NCBI GenBank assembly: GCA_910585245.1
Contig: CAJUCO010000008.1
Coordinates: 3,410-67,409 of the forward strand
DNA from: an uncultured Oscillibacter sp.
GTDB lineage: Bacteria > Bacillota > Clostridia > Oscillospirales > Oscillospiraceae
Reading direction: 5' to 3'
DNA length: 64,000 bases
Of this stretch, positions 47,654 to 56,727 are shown in pieces. The translations under genes and the position numbers were made by a program. The first letter of the stretch is position 1, and the number at the start of each line of letters is the position of its first letter. Under the pieces are notes generated by a model, which ran no database searches, had not been told where the DNA came from, and saw only the letters and a program-made list of their open reading frames with translations.

Positions 47654-49051
47654 TTATTTTCCCACACAGAACCGGGAGAAGATCCGCTCCACGATCTCCT
47701 CTCGGGCGGTTCTTCCCGTCAGCTCTCCCAGGGCGTCCAGGGCCTCCTCCACGTCGGTGAGCACCGCGTCGGGGGTCAGGCCGCTCTCCAGGGCTTGCCG
47801 CCCCCGGCATAGGGCCTCCCGGGCCCGGCGGGCCGCCTCCTCCTGCCGCTGGTCTGTGAGGAGGCTTCCCGTCTCCCCCGGGTCCCCGGCAGGGAAGAGG
47901 GCGGCGACAGCCTCCTCCAGTTTCTCAAGACCCTGCCCGGTGACGGAGGAGACGCAAAGACAGGCGGCAGGGTTGTTGGCGTCTTTTTGCAGGAGCCCTA
48001 TGGAAAAGGCGTGGGGACCGGCCAGGTCACATTTGGACTCGACGCAAAGCCAGGGCTTCCCGGTCTGGGCCACCTGGGTTAGAAGAAGGGCCTCCGCCTC
48101 CCAGTGGGCCATGTTTTCCGGAGAGACCGTCCCGTCCCGGACCAATAGAATCAGCTCCGCCTCCTCCATGGCCCGCCGGGAGCGCTCCACCCCCAGCCTC
48201 TCCACTTCGTCCTCGGTCTCCCGGAGGCCCGCCGTGTCGATGAGCCGCAAAAGAACGCCGCCGCAGAGGACGGATTCTTCCACCGTGTCCCGTGTGGTCC
48301 CCGCCACGCCGGTGACGATGGCCCGCTCGTACCCCGCCAGGGCATTTAGCAGGGAGGATTTCCCCGCGTTGGGCAGGCCCACAATGGCGGTCCGGACACC
48401 CTTTTTCAGCACCTGCCCCCGTTTGCAGGAGGCGAGAAGACGGGTGAGGGCCTCCTCGGAGGTGACAAGCGCGTGGGTGATCTCCTCCGGTCCTGCGTCT
48501 TGGATGTCCTCGTCCGGATAATCCACCACGGCGTAAAACCGGGAGGCTATGTCCAGCAGCGCCTCCTGTATGGGCTCCAGCACCCGGCGGAGTCCGCCGT
48601 CCAGTTGGGCGGCGGCGTTTCGGGCGGCGGCGGCGGTTTCCGCGTCAATGAGGTCGATGACGGCCTCCGCCTGGGTCAGGTCCAGCTGTCCGTTTAGAAA
48701 GGCCCGCTTGGTAAACTCCCCCGGTCCCGCCTGCCGCGCTCCGGCGGAAAAGAGGGCTGCCAAGGTCTCCCGCAAGACCACAGGGGACCCGTGGCAGTGG
48801 AGCTCGGCGGAGTCCTCGCCGGTGTAGCTGTGGGGGGCGGGAAAGCGGACCGCCAGGCCCCGGTCCAGCACCCGATTCTCCCGGTCCAGCACCTCCCCCA
48901 GGACCATCTTCCGGGCCTCCAGCGCTTCAAAGGGCCGGGAGGCGTGGAAGACCTGTCCGCATATCCGAAAACAATCCGGCCCGGAGACCCGGATCACCCC
49001 GATGGCGGAGGGGGCCCCTCCCCCGGCGGCAATGGCGGCGATGGTGTCCAT
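47654..49051 (-). CDS. mnmE: tRNA modification GTPase MnmE
   Basis: MDTIAAI, SYTGED, GEFTKRAFLNG, GLPNAGKSS, GTTRD, DTAG, FCVGK. Confidence 0.97.
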   Translation of the reverse strand: MDTIAAIAAGGGAPSAIGVIRVSGPDCFRICGQVFHASRPFEALEARKMVLGEVLDRENRVLDRGLAVRFPAPHSYTGEDSAELHCHGSPVVLRETLAALFSAGARQAGPGEFTKRAFLNGQLDLTQAEAVIDLIDAETAAAARNAAAQLDGGLRRVLEPIQEALLDIASRFYAVVDYPDEDIQDAGPEEITHALVTSEEALTRLLASCKRGQVLKKGVRTAIVGLPNAGKSSLLNALAGYERAIVTGVAGTTRDTVEESVLCGGVLLRLIDTAGLRETEDEVERLGVERSRRAMEEAELILLVRDGTVSPENMAHWEAEALLLTQVAQTGKPWLCVESKCDLAGPHAFSIGLLQKDANNPAACLCVSSVTGQGLEKLEEAVAALFPAGDPGETGSLLTDQRQEEAARRAREALCRGRQALESGLTPDAVLTDVEEALDALGELTGRTAREEIVERIFSRFCVGK

Positions 49052-49100
49052 AGGCAGCTCCTTTCATAAAGGGAGGCGGGCTGAAAGCCCGCCCCGTTTG

Positions 49101-52055
49101 TCAGATTCTGTAACTGTATCGGTAAAGAATGACCGCGAACTGAGCCCTTGTAAGGGTTCCGTTGGGGTCCAGCCGCCCGTTGGCGGTGCCGCCCAGGATG
49201 CCGTTGGCCACGGCCCAGGCGAAGGCGTCCCGGGCCACTGTGGGCACGAGGCGGCTGTCGGTGTAACCGGCGAGACTGGTGGTGTTGCGGTTGGTACTGC
49301 CCATCAGGTGGGCGCAACGGTATAGCGCCGTCACCAATTGCTGCCGGGTTACCGCGCCGTTGGGGGAGGAACCGTCGGCGAAGCTGTTTTCCACCGCCCA
49401 GCGGCGGGCCTCCGTCATGTTGGCGGGGCGGCTGCCGGTGAGACGGGCCAGAACCATCCACATCTGTTGGTGGGTAATGGTTCCGTCAGGGTTGAAGCTG
49501 CCGCCGGAGCCGCTCATATATCCCATCTGGTTGGCCCAGTTGATCTCTCCGGCCGCCCAGTGGTAGGTGGGAATGTCCCGGAAGAGCTGGCTGGACGCGC
49601 CGGCCTTGGGTACGCTCTGGGTGGGGTTTTGGGTGGGCATGGGATCTGTGGTCCGCCGGGCGCCGCTGTCCTCGCCGTCGCCGGGAGGGCTGGCCCAGTT
49701 GGCCCCGCCCCAGTAGCTGTTGCCGGAACTAAGCCGGACGAAGGTGGCCCGGACCTCCACATTGGAGGCGGGCATGGTGAAACGGTATTCGTCGCTGTAG
49801 CGGTCGCTCAGATTCACCACCGTTCCGCCGGAGGTAATGGCCCGAATCATGTCCAGTTCGTAGCCGGAGTTGGGCCGGACGGTGACCGTTATCCGGTCCC
49901 CCGAGGCGGCGGAGGTCTTGTTGGACCACATAGAGCCGTTGCTCCCTTGAATCAGGTCGACGCGGTAGGTGACGGGCTTGTCAGGGTCAGTGGGCGTATC
50001 CGGGTCTGTGGGTTTATCCGGGTCCTCGGGCTGGGAACTGCCGGTGGCGGGGATGGCTTCCACATCCTCATAGCCGCAGACTTTGCAGACCCGCTTCTTG
50101 GAACCGGCCTCGGTCTCTGTAGGAGGTTTAACAGTCTCCCAGTCGCCGTATTCGTGTTTGCCGGTGGCGGGAATGGGGATGGTACGGTTTTCCTTGTGTT
50201 GGCAGACGGTACATTCGACGTTGCCGGTTACGCTGCCCTCTTTGCCGCAGGTGGGTTCGACTCTTTCCGCGTCCTCGGCAAAGTTGCCCCAGATGTGGCC
50301 CTTGGGGGGAATGGATTCAACTTCGTCCTCCTCGTCCTCGTTGATTTTCGCTCCGCACTCCTCGCATACCGCGGCAAATTTGATCACGCTTCCCGGTTCC
50401 GTGCAGGTGGGTTCAGTCCGCTTTTCCGACGGCGTGGCGGATACATGGGGAATTTTCTTCAGAACGACCCGCAAGGCCTCGCCGGCCAGCTCCTCGCTGC
50501 ATACCGCGCATTTCGTCCCGTCTTTATAAACCCACTCGCCCTCCTGGGTACAGGTGGCGGGGGTCTCATGGTCCATGTTTTCCTCCGTCTGCTCCGGTAG
50601 GGTATGTTCTAGCCGCTGTGGTAGCTTGATTTCCACATATTCGTCCGTATTCTCGTCGCCGTGGTTTGCCTGCAAATGCTCTATCAGGGCTATCTCAGCC
50701 GCCGCCACTTCGGTTCTGTCTGTGCCTACCATGGACTTTTGCGCGTTCTCCAGAGCGGTTTTCAGCGTCTTGCAGTCCTCGCACCCATTCAGTATGCCGC
50801 AGACGTCGCAGATCTTGTAAACCGCGATGGTGTTCTTCCTGGATGGGTCTTCCGAGCAGGTGGCCGGACGGATTTCATATTCTTCGGTCTTGTCTGTATA
50901 GGTATGCTTTGTGAGCGGGATTTCTTCCGTCCTCGTCTGGGTCGCGCCGCATTTTTTCCCGTCCGCCGGTTTGCATTCCTGCTGGAATGTTTTGACGCCT
51001 TTCTTGGTACAGGTGGCGGCCGTTGTGACGGTTCCCTGATCAGTATCTTCAAAGTTGTGGGATGCAGTTCCAACCACCGTCTTTTTCAAGCTCATCGTCT
51101 CGCCGCAGCGGGAGCACGTCGCCTCAAACTCCCACTCCCATGTGGCGCAGGCGGCGTGTTCGGTGTCGGTGTTGGGGGGCTCCTGGTAGTCGTGGCCTAA
51201 GGCGTTGATCGTAATCTCACCCCCGGCGAGATCCTTGCAGGCTGCCGTTTGATTCTCGCTGGCCGCCTGGCAGAATCCGCCGCCCATCACCTGCCCGTCA
51301 TTTTCACAGGTCGGCGGATTGACATGGGTGCTATCCGTCGCCAGGTGGACCTCTTCATTCGTTACCCCGGGAGGCATCGTTTCAAAAATATATTTTTGGA
51401 CGTCTCTTTTATCGCTTCCGCCATAATGGATGGATTCCAGCAGGGTATTGGCGAAAGCGTTGGCGGAGACCGGCTTCGTAGTGCCTGATGCCGTAGGCTT
51501 CAGCGCCTCGGGGATATAGACGGTCTTCAGGTTTTTGTCATTGGCGAAGGCTTTGGCCTCGATGGTTTTCACGCTGTCCGGAATGGTCACCTTTGTCAGG
51601 GATGTATTGTTGGCAAAGGCCGACTCTCCGATGGTTACCAGCTTGTCGGGCAGCACCAGCGTGCTCACCCCTGTGCCCGAAAAGGCGCTTTTGCCAATGG
51701 TAACATCACCCGCGCTATCCGGCAGAAACAGAACAATTTTCAACCCTATACAATTCTCAAACGCGTTGTCTCCGACCGAGGTAATCGTACTTGGAAAGAC
51801 CACCTCGCTGATTTTTCTGCCGTTTGTGTTTTTAAACGCCGCGTCGCCGATAGCAGTAATTGCCTTTTGATCATAGGCGGATGGCAGTACCACACGTCCG
51901 CCGGTGCCGGTATAGCCGGTGATCTTCCAGTTGTTTCCGTCCGCCTCCAACACAATACCGCTGTCCAGCGTCACAGGGTCCGCCGCCGCGGCTGTTCCCG
52001 CCAGGGCCGCCGTCACGGCGATCAGCAGTAGAATCCTCCAAACCCAACGCCTCAT
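49101..52055 (-). CDS. 984-aa surface protein: BspA-like LRRs, Cys/His-rich repeats, Ig-like domain, C-terminal SLH
   Basis: Signal peptide; IGxxAF LRR repeats; repeated (P/A)TCxxxG...CxxC units; PD/PT linker; two SLH motifs. Confidence 0.85.
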   Translation of the reverse strand: MRRWVWRILLLIAVTAALAGTAAAADPVTLDSGIVLEADGNNWKITGYTGTGGRVVLPSAYDQKAITAIGDAAFKNTNGRKISEVVFPSTITSVGDNAFENCIGLKIVLFLPDSAGDVTIGKSAFSGTGVSTLVLPDKLVTIGESAFANNTSLTKVTIPDSVKTIEAKAFANDKNLKTVYIPEALKPTASGTTKPVSANAFANTLLESIHYGGSDKRDVQKYIFETMPPGVTNEEVHLATDSTHVNPPTCENDGQVMGGGFCQAASENQTAACKDLAGGEITINALGHDYQEPPNTDTEHAACATWEWEFEATCSRCGETMSLKKTVVGTASHNFEDTDQGTVTTAATCTKKGVKTFQQECKPADGKKCGATQTRTEEIPLTKHTYTDKTEEYEIRPATCSEDPSRKNTIAVYKICDVCGILNGCEDCKTLKTALENAQKSMVGTDRTEVAAAEIALIEHLQANHGDENTDEYVEIKLPQRLEHTLPEQTEENMDHETPATCTQEGEWVYKDGTKCAVCSEELAGEALRVVLKKIPHVSATPSEKRTEPTCTEPGSVIKFAAVCEECGAKINEDEEDEVESIPPKGHIWGNFAEDAERVEPTCGKEGSVTGNVECTVCQHKENRTIPIPATGKHEYGDWETVKPPTETEAGSKKRVCKVCGYEDVEAIPATGSSQPEDPDKPTDPDTPTDPDKPVTYRVDLIQGSNGSMWSNKTSAASGDRITVTVRPNSGYELDMIRAITSGGTVVNLSDRYSDEYRFTMPASNVEVRATFVRLSSGNSYWGGANWASPPGDGEDSGARRTTDPMPTQNPTQSVPKAGASSQLFRDIPTYHWAAGEINWANQMGYMSGSGGSFNPDGTITHQQMWMVLARLTGSRPANMTEARRWAVENSFADGSSPNGAVTRQQLVTALYRCAHLMGSTNRNTTSLAGYTDSRLVPTVARDAFAWAVANGILGGTANGRLDPNGTLTRAQFAVILYRYSYRI

Positions 52056-52204
52056 GTTCCGCTCCTCCTTATCGCACGCGTCCCACGCGCCAATTTCACA
52101 CTTACAGCATAGCACAAAACTCCCGGTGTTTCAATGGGTCCCCCAAAAAATTCCCCGGTAAAAACAGGACGGGCCAAAGCCCGTCCTGTTCGAAAGAGAT
52201 TATC

Positions 52205-54355
52205 TCATTTAATCCGCTCGCCAGCGGCCTCTTTGGCCTTGATCTCCCGGACCGCGTCCTTGTGGGAGAGGTTCACCCGGCCCTTTTCGTCGATGTCCGT
52301 GACCTTGACCCACATCATGTCCCCGATTTTGCAGGCGTCTTCCACCTTCTCAATCCGGTGGTCCGCCAGCTTGGAGATGTGGACCAGTCCGTCCTTGCCC
52401 GGGGCCAGCTCCACAAACGCGCCGAAGGTCATCAGCCGGACCACCCGGCCATAGTACAGCGCGCCAATCTCCGGCACGAAGACGATGTCGTCAATGCACT
52501 TTTTCGCCGCGTCGCAGGAGGCCGCGTCCACTCCCGCGATGAAAATGGAGCCGTCGTCGTTGATGTCGATTTTCGCCCCGGTATCCGCTACGATTTTCTG
52601 GATCACCTTTCCGCCGGAGCCGATGACTTCCCGGATTTTGTTGGGGTCAATGTGCATGGTCAGCATCTTGGGAGCGTAGCGGCTCACATCCTTGCGGGGC
52701 TGGGAGATGGCGGGGAGCATGATCTGGTCCAGAATCTGGCAACGCCCGTCGTAGGTGATATCCAGGGCGTTTTTGATGATCTCCATGGTCAGCCCGTCGT
52801 TTTTCAGGTCCATTTGAATGGCGGTGATGCCCTTCTTGGTGCCCGCCACCTTGAAGTCCATTTCCCCGTGGAAGTCCTCCACGCCCTGGATGTCAATGAA
52901 GGTGGTGAATCCGCCGTCGTCGTCCTGGATTAATCCGCAGGAGATGCCCGCCACAGGGGCCTTGATGGGTACGCCCGCGTCCATCAGAGCAAGCGTGGAG
53001 CCGCAGACGGAACCCTGGGAGGTGGAGCCGTTGGAACTCACCACCTCGCTGACCACCCGGATGGCGTAGGGGAACTGCTCCACGTCGGGGATGACGGGCA
53101 GCAGGGCCCGCTCGGCCAAAGCGCCGTGGCCGATTTCCCGGCGGCCGGGAGAGCGGGCGGGCTTGGCCTCGCCGACGCTGTAGCCGGGGAAGTTGTAGTG
53201 GTGCATATACCGCTTCTCCGTCTCCTCCCAGATGGTGTCCAACTTCTGGTTGGCGGAAAGGGTGTCTAGAGTGACCACAGAGAGGACCTGGGTCTGTCCC
53301 CGGGTGAAGAGGCCGGAGCCGTGGGCCCGGGGCAGCAGCCCCACCTCGGAGCCAAGGGGACGGATTTCGTTTTTCTGCCGTCCGTCCACCCGGTGGCCCT
53401 CCAAAAGCCAGGCCTTGACAATCTTCTTTTGGAACTTGTAGGTGATCTCGTCCAGGTACTTGTCCATCTCCGGGTACTCGTCCAAGAAGAGCTCGTGCCA
53501 TTTCTCAATCAGGGCGTTCCACCGGGTTTCCCGGACATTTTTGTCGTCGGTGTCCATGGCGGCCTTGGCCTCTTCCATGGTGGCGGAGACGATTTTTTCA
53601 AACAGCTCCCCGTCAAAGTCGGCGTGGGGATAGTCGAACTTCTCCTTGCCGATTTCGGAGACCATTTTGTTGATCAGCGCGACCTGCTTTTGATTTTCCT
53701 CGTGAGCCATTTGGATGGCCTGGAACATGGTGTCGTTGTCTACCTCGTTGGCTCCCGCCTCGATCATGACCACTTTTTTTCCGGTGGATACCACGGTCAC
53801 ATCCAGATCGGAGACCTTCCGCTCCTCGCTGGTGGGATTGAAAATCAGTTTGCCGTCCACCAGGCCGACTTTCACCGCGCCCACGGGGCCGTGCCAGGGG
53901 ATATCGGAGATGGCCAGGGCGGCGGAGGCGCCGATGAGACCGCAGATCTCCGGGGAACAGTCGTGGTCCACGCTCATGACCGTGGCCATGATGGAGACGT
54001 CATTGCGAAAATCGTGGGGGAACAGAGGCCGGATGGGCCGGTCAATGACCCGGCTGGTGAGGACGCCCTTCTCCCCGGGGCGGCCCTCCCGGCGGTTGAA
54101 GCTGCCGGGGATGCGGCCCACGGAGTAGAGCTTCTCCTCAAAGTCCACGGAGAGGGGGAAGAAGTCGATGCCGTCCCGGGGACGGGCGGAGGCGGTGGCG
54201 CAGACCAGGACCCGGGTGTCGCCATAGCCCACCATGACGGCGGCGTTGGCAAGCTCGGCCAACTTCCCCACCTCCAGGGTCAGGGGACGGCCCGCCAGAG
54301 TCATTTCGTACTTGCGGTAGTGGGGGAACTGTCTTTGGGTGATGATGGTAGACAT
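52205..54355 (-). CDS. pnp: polyribonucleotide nucleotidyltransferase
   Basis: DFFPLSVDF, RVIDRPIRPLF, RREIGHG, SNGSTS, GEMDFKVAG, KH and S1 domains. Confidence 0.97.
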   Translation of the reverse strand: MSTIITQRQFPHYRKYEMTLAGRPLTLEVGKLAELANAAVMVGYGDTRVLVCATASARPRDGIDFFPLSVDFEEKLYSVGRIPGSFNRREGRPGEKGVLTSRVIDRPIRPLFPHDFRNDVSIMATVMSVDHDCSPEICGLIGASAALAISDIPWHGPVGAVKVGLVDGKLIFNPTSEERKVSDLDVTVVSTGKKVVMIEAGANEVDNDTMFQAIQMAHEENQKQVALINKMVSEIGKEKFDYPHADFDGELFEKIVSATMEEAKAAMDTDDKNVRETRWNALIEKWHELFLDEYPEMDKYLDEITYKFQKKIVKAWLLEGHRVDGRQKNEIRPLGSEVGLLPRAHGSGLFTRGQTQVLSVVTLDTLSANQKLDTIWEETEKRYMHHYNFPGYSVGEAKPARSPGRREIGHGALAERALLPVIPDVEQFPYAIRVVSEVVSSNGSTSQGSVCGSTLALMDAGVPIKAPVAGISCGLIQDDDGGFTTFIDIQGVEDFHGEMDFKVAGTKKGITAIQMDLKNDGLTMEIIKNALDITYDGRCQILDQIMLPAISQPRKDVSRYAPKMLTMHIDPNKIREVIGSGGKVIQKIVADTGAKIDINDDGSIFIAGVDAASCDAAKKCIDDIVFVPEIGALYYGRVVRLMTFGAFVELAPGKDGLVHISKLADHRIEKVEDACKIGDMMWVKVTDIDEKGRVNLSHKDAVREIKAKEAAGERIK

Positions 54356-54554
54356 AGATACGCTCCTTTTCATTGGTAGTCCGGGAGTGATCCTTTTCGT
54401 ATTTGAACCTTCCTCCACAAAGCAGGTGGAGTTGGGGGAACGTTCAAACACAAAAAGCAACGGCTCCCGTTGGGGTGAATTGGGACGGACGCGGCGGATT
54501 TGGGGTTCGCCGCGCGGAAAAAGGGCGGCGTTGTCCCGCCGCCCTTTTCGCGTT

Positions 54555-54821
54555 TTACTTACGGATTCCCAGTTTGGCGATGAGGGCGCGATAACGCTCC
54601 ACATCCTTCTTCTGGAGGTAGTCCAGAAGGTTGCGGCGCTTACCGACCATCTTCAAAAGTCCCCGGTTGGAGTGCTTGTCCTGGGGATTCTGGCGCATAT
54701 GCTCGGTGAGGACATTGATGCGCTCGGTCAAAATGGCAATTTGAACCTCCGGAGAGCCGGTGTCGGACTCGTGGGTGCGGTTGGCGGCAATAATGGCAGT
54801 CTTTTCTTCCTTGCGAAGCAT
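54555..54821 (-). CDS. rpsO: 30S ribosomal protein S15
   Basis: [29 protein letters not shown]; promoter TTTACA(54962)-17-TATAGT; terminator at ~54518-54549. Confidence 0.98.
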   Translation of the reverse strand: MLRKEEKTAIIAANRTHESDTGSPEVQIAILTERINVLTEHMRQNPQDKHSNRGLLKMVGKRRNLLDYLQKKDVERYRALIAKLGIRK

Positions 54822-55329
54822 AGTGTGGTTTCCACCTTTCAAAATATTCCCCGCGGGGCTGTGCTCCGGGCCGGTGAAGCTCCTCGAAACAAAGCTCCGG
54901 GGCGTATCTGCCGTCTTCTGGACGGACTTTATGACTATATCATAGGATTTTTCCGTTGTAAAGAGGGTCTCCCGGCTTTTTTCACCGGAACAACAAAAAT
55001 TTTTCGTTACCCCTATCCTTTTCCAGGATCACGAAAGCCCGGTCCCGGATATAGGCGCGCTCCGCCGCGCCGGAAATCCTGTTTCGGCCCTCTTGCAGAC
55101 TTTCCCGCTATCCTTAAAGTGCGAAGAGGGACGGCGGCACTCGCGGCGGAGCATGGACATTTTTTCCATATTCCGCGTCTCCTATTACAAGCTGCAAAAA
55201 ATACTTTAACGCGGTTTTTTTTACAAGGGCTTGCCCCATCGGGAGTTTCGGTTCTCCCGCAGGTGAATGGAGGACGGCTGCCCCCATTTCAGAATGCGCC
55301 ATCGGATACTTTCCGTTTGCAATTCCCAC

Positions 55330-55380
55330 TTGACAAGCCGCCGGAACTGTGTTAATTTCATTAATACAGTTAATACAGTT
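55330..55380 (+). promoter_or_regulatory. promoter with YtrA/GntR-type operator
   Basis: TTGACA(55330); palindrome ACTGTGTTAAT-TTC-ATTAATACAGT (55346-55370) plus a direct TAATACAGT repeat. Confidence 0.65.
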
Positions 55381-55438
55381 GCCCAGTTATCGGCAACGAG
55401 TGGCGGACTTCCGCTGCGGAAGGGAAGGAAGGTGCGCG

Positions 55439-55837
55439 GTGATCAGCCTCAATTATCGGGACTCACGCCCCATTTACGAACAGATCAAGGACGGGCTGCG
55501 CAAGTTGATTGTCTCCGGGGCCATCGGGACCGATGAGAAGCTCCCCTCGGTCCGGGCCCTGGCGACTCAGCTTTCCATCAACCCCAACACCATCCAGCGG
55601 GCCTACAACGAGCTGGAGGGAGAGGGGTATATCTACTCCGTTCCCGGCAAGGGCAGCTTTGCCACCGGGGAAACCGGCGCGGGCGCCTCCCGCCGCCAGG
55701 AGCTTTGGGAAAAGACCCGGGAGCTGGTGGCGGAGCTCCGGTATCTCGGCGTCAGTCAGGAAGAGCTGATGGCTCTTCTTCAAGAAGAGCCATCCGGCGG
55801 GGCCCCCGCCGGGAGACGCAAGGAGGAAAGAACATGA
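55439..55837 (+). CDS. GntR family (YtrA subfamily) regulator
   Basis: PIYEQI, KLPSVRALA, NPNTIQRAY, GKGSF; upstream of ABC genes. Confidence 0.92.
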   Translation: MISLNYRDSRPIYEQIKDGLRKLIVSGAIGTDEKLPSVRALATQLSINPNTIQRAYNELEGEGYIYSVPGKGSFATGETGAGASRRQELWEKTRELVAELRYLGVSQEELMALLQEEPSGGAPAGRRKEERT

Positions 55838-56727
55838 TTCAGGTACAAAACGCCGTCAAACGCTTCGACGGCTTCGCCGCCTTGGACGGGGCGACGCTGT
55901 CTGTTCCCGCCGGCAGCGTATACGGCCTGGTGGGGCCCAACGGCGCGGGGAAATCCACGCTCATCCGGTGCCTCACAGGCATTTACCGCCAGGACGAGGG
56001 GACGCTTACCGTGGATGAACAGCCCGTCTGGGAAAACCGGGCCCTGAAATCCCGGGTTGCCGCCATTGCCGACGACTGGTATTATTTCCCCCAGGCCGCC
56101 ATTCGGGATATGTGCAAATTCTACCGGGGCTTCTACCCCAACTTCTCCATGGAGCGGTATGAGAAGCTCAAGGAGGTCTTCCAGATCGACGAGAAGCGTC
56201 CCCTCCGCCGCCTCAGCAAGGGGATGCAGAAGCAGGCCGCCTTCTGGCTGGCCCTCAGCGCCATGCCGGACTATCTGATCCTGGATGAGCCGGTGGACGG
56301 CCTGGACCCCGTCATGCGGCGCCAGGTCTGGTCCCTGGTTCTGGGGGACGTCAGCCAGCGGGGAACCACGGTGCTGGTCTCCTCCCACAACCTCCGGGAA
56401 CTGGAGGACGTGTGCGACCACGTGGGCATCCTGGACCACGGGAAGGTCCTTCTGGAGCGGTCCCTGGCCCAATTGCAGGACAACATGGTCAAGCTCCAGG
56501 TGGTCTTTCAAAACGGCGGCGGCGTGCCGGAGGACCTGGAGGTGCTCCACGCCTCCCACGTGGGACGGATTCACACCCTGATCATGCGCATGGGCGCGGA
56601 GGAGGCCACCAACCGTCTGGCGGTCTATGAGCCCATGCTGGTGGACGCCGTGCCGCTGACGCTGGAGGAGATTTTCATCTATGAGTTAGGAGGCGCCGAC
56701 TATGCGGTCAAAGACATTGTACTTTAA
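55834..56727 (+). CDS. ABC transporter ATP-binding protein
   Basis: GPNGAGKST, LSKGM, LILDEP, SSH. Confidence 0.95.
   Translation: MIQVQNAVKRFDGFAALDGATLSVPAGSVYGLVGPNGAGKSTLIRCLTGIYRQDEGTLTVDEQPVWENRALKSRVAAIADDWYYFPQAAIRDMCKFYRGFYPNFSMERYEKLKEVFQIDEKRPLRRLSKGMQKQAAFWLALSAMPDYLILDEPVDGLDPVMRRQVWSLVLGDVSQRGTTVLVSSHNLRELEDVCDHVGILDHGKVLLERSLAQLQDNMVKLQVVFQNGGGVPEDLEVLHASHVGRIHTLIMRMGAEEATNRLAVYEPMLVDAVPLTLEEIFIYELGGADYAVKDIVL

Noticed and set aside
55114..55329. 71-aa minus-strand ORF between rpsO and the GntR gene
   Set aside because: No RBS or recognisable motif; it abuts the divergent promoter region.
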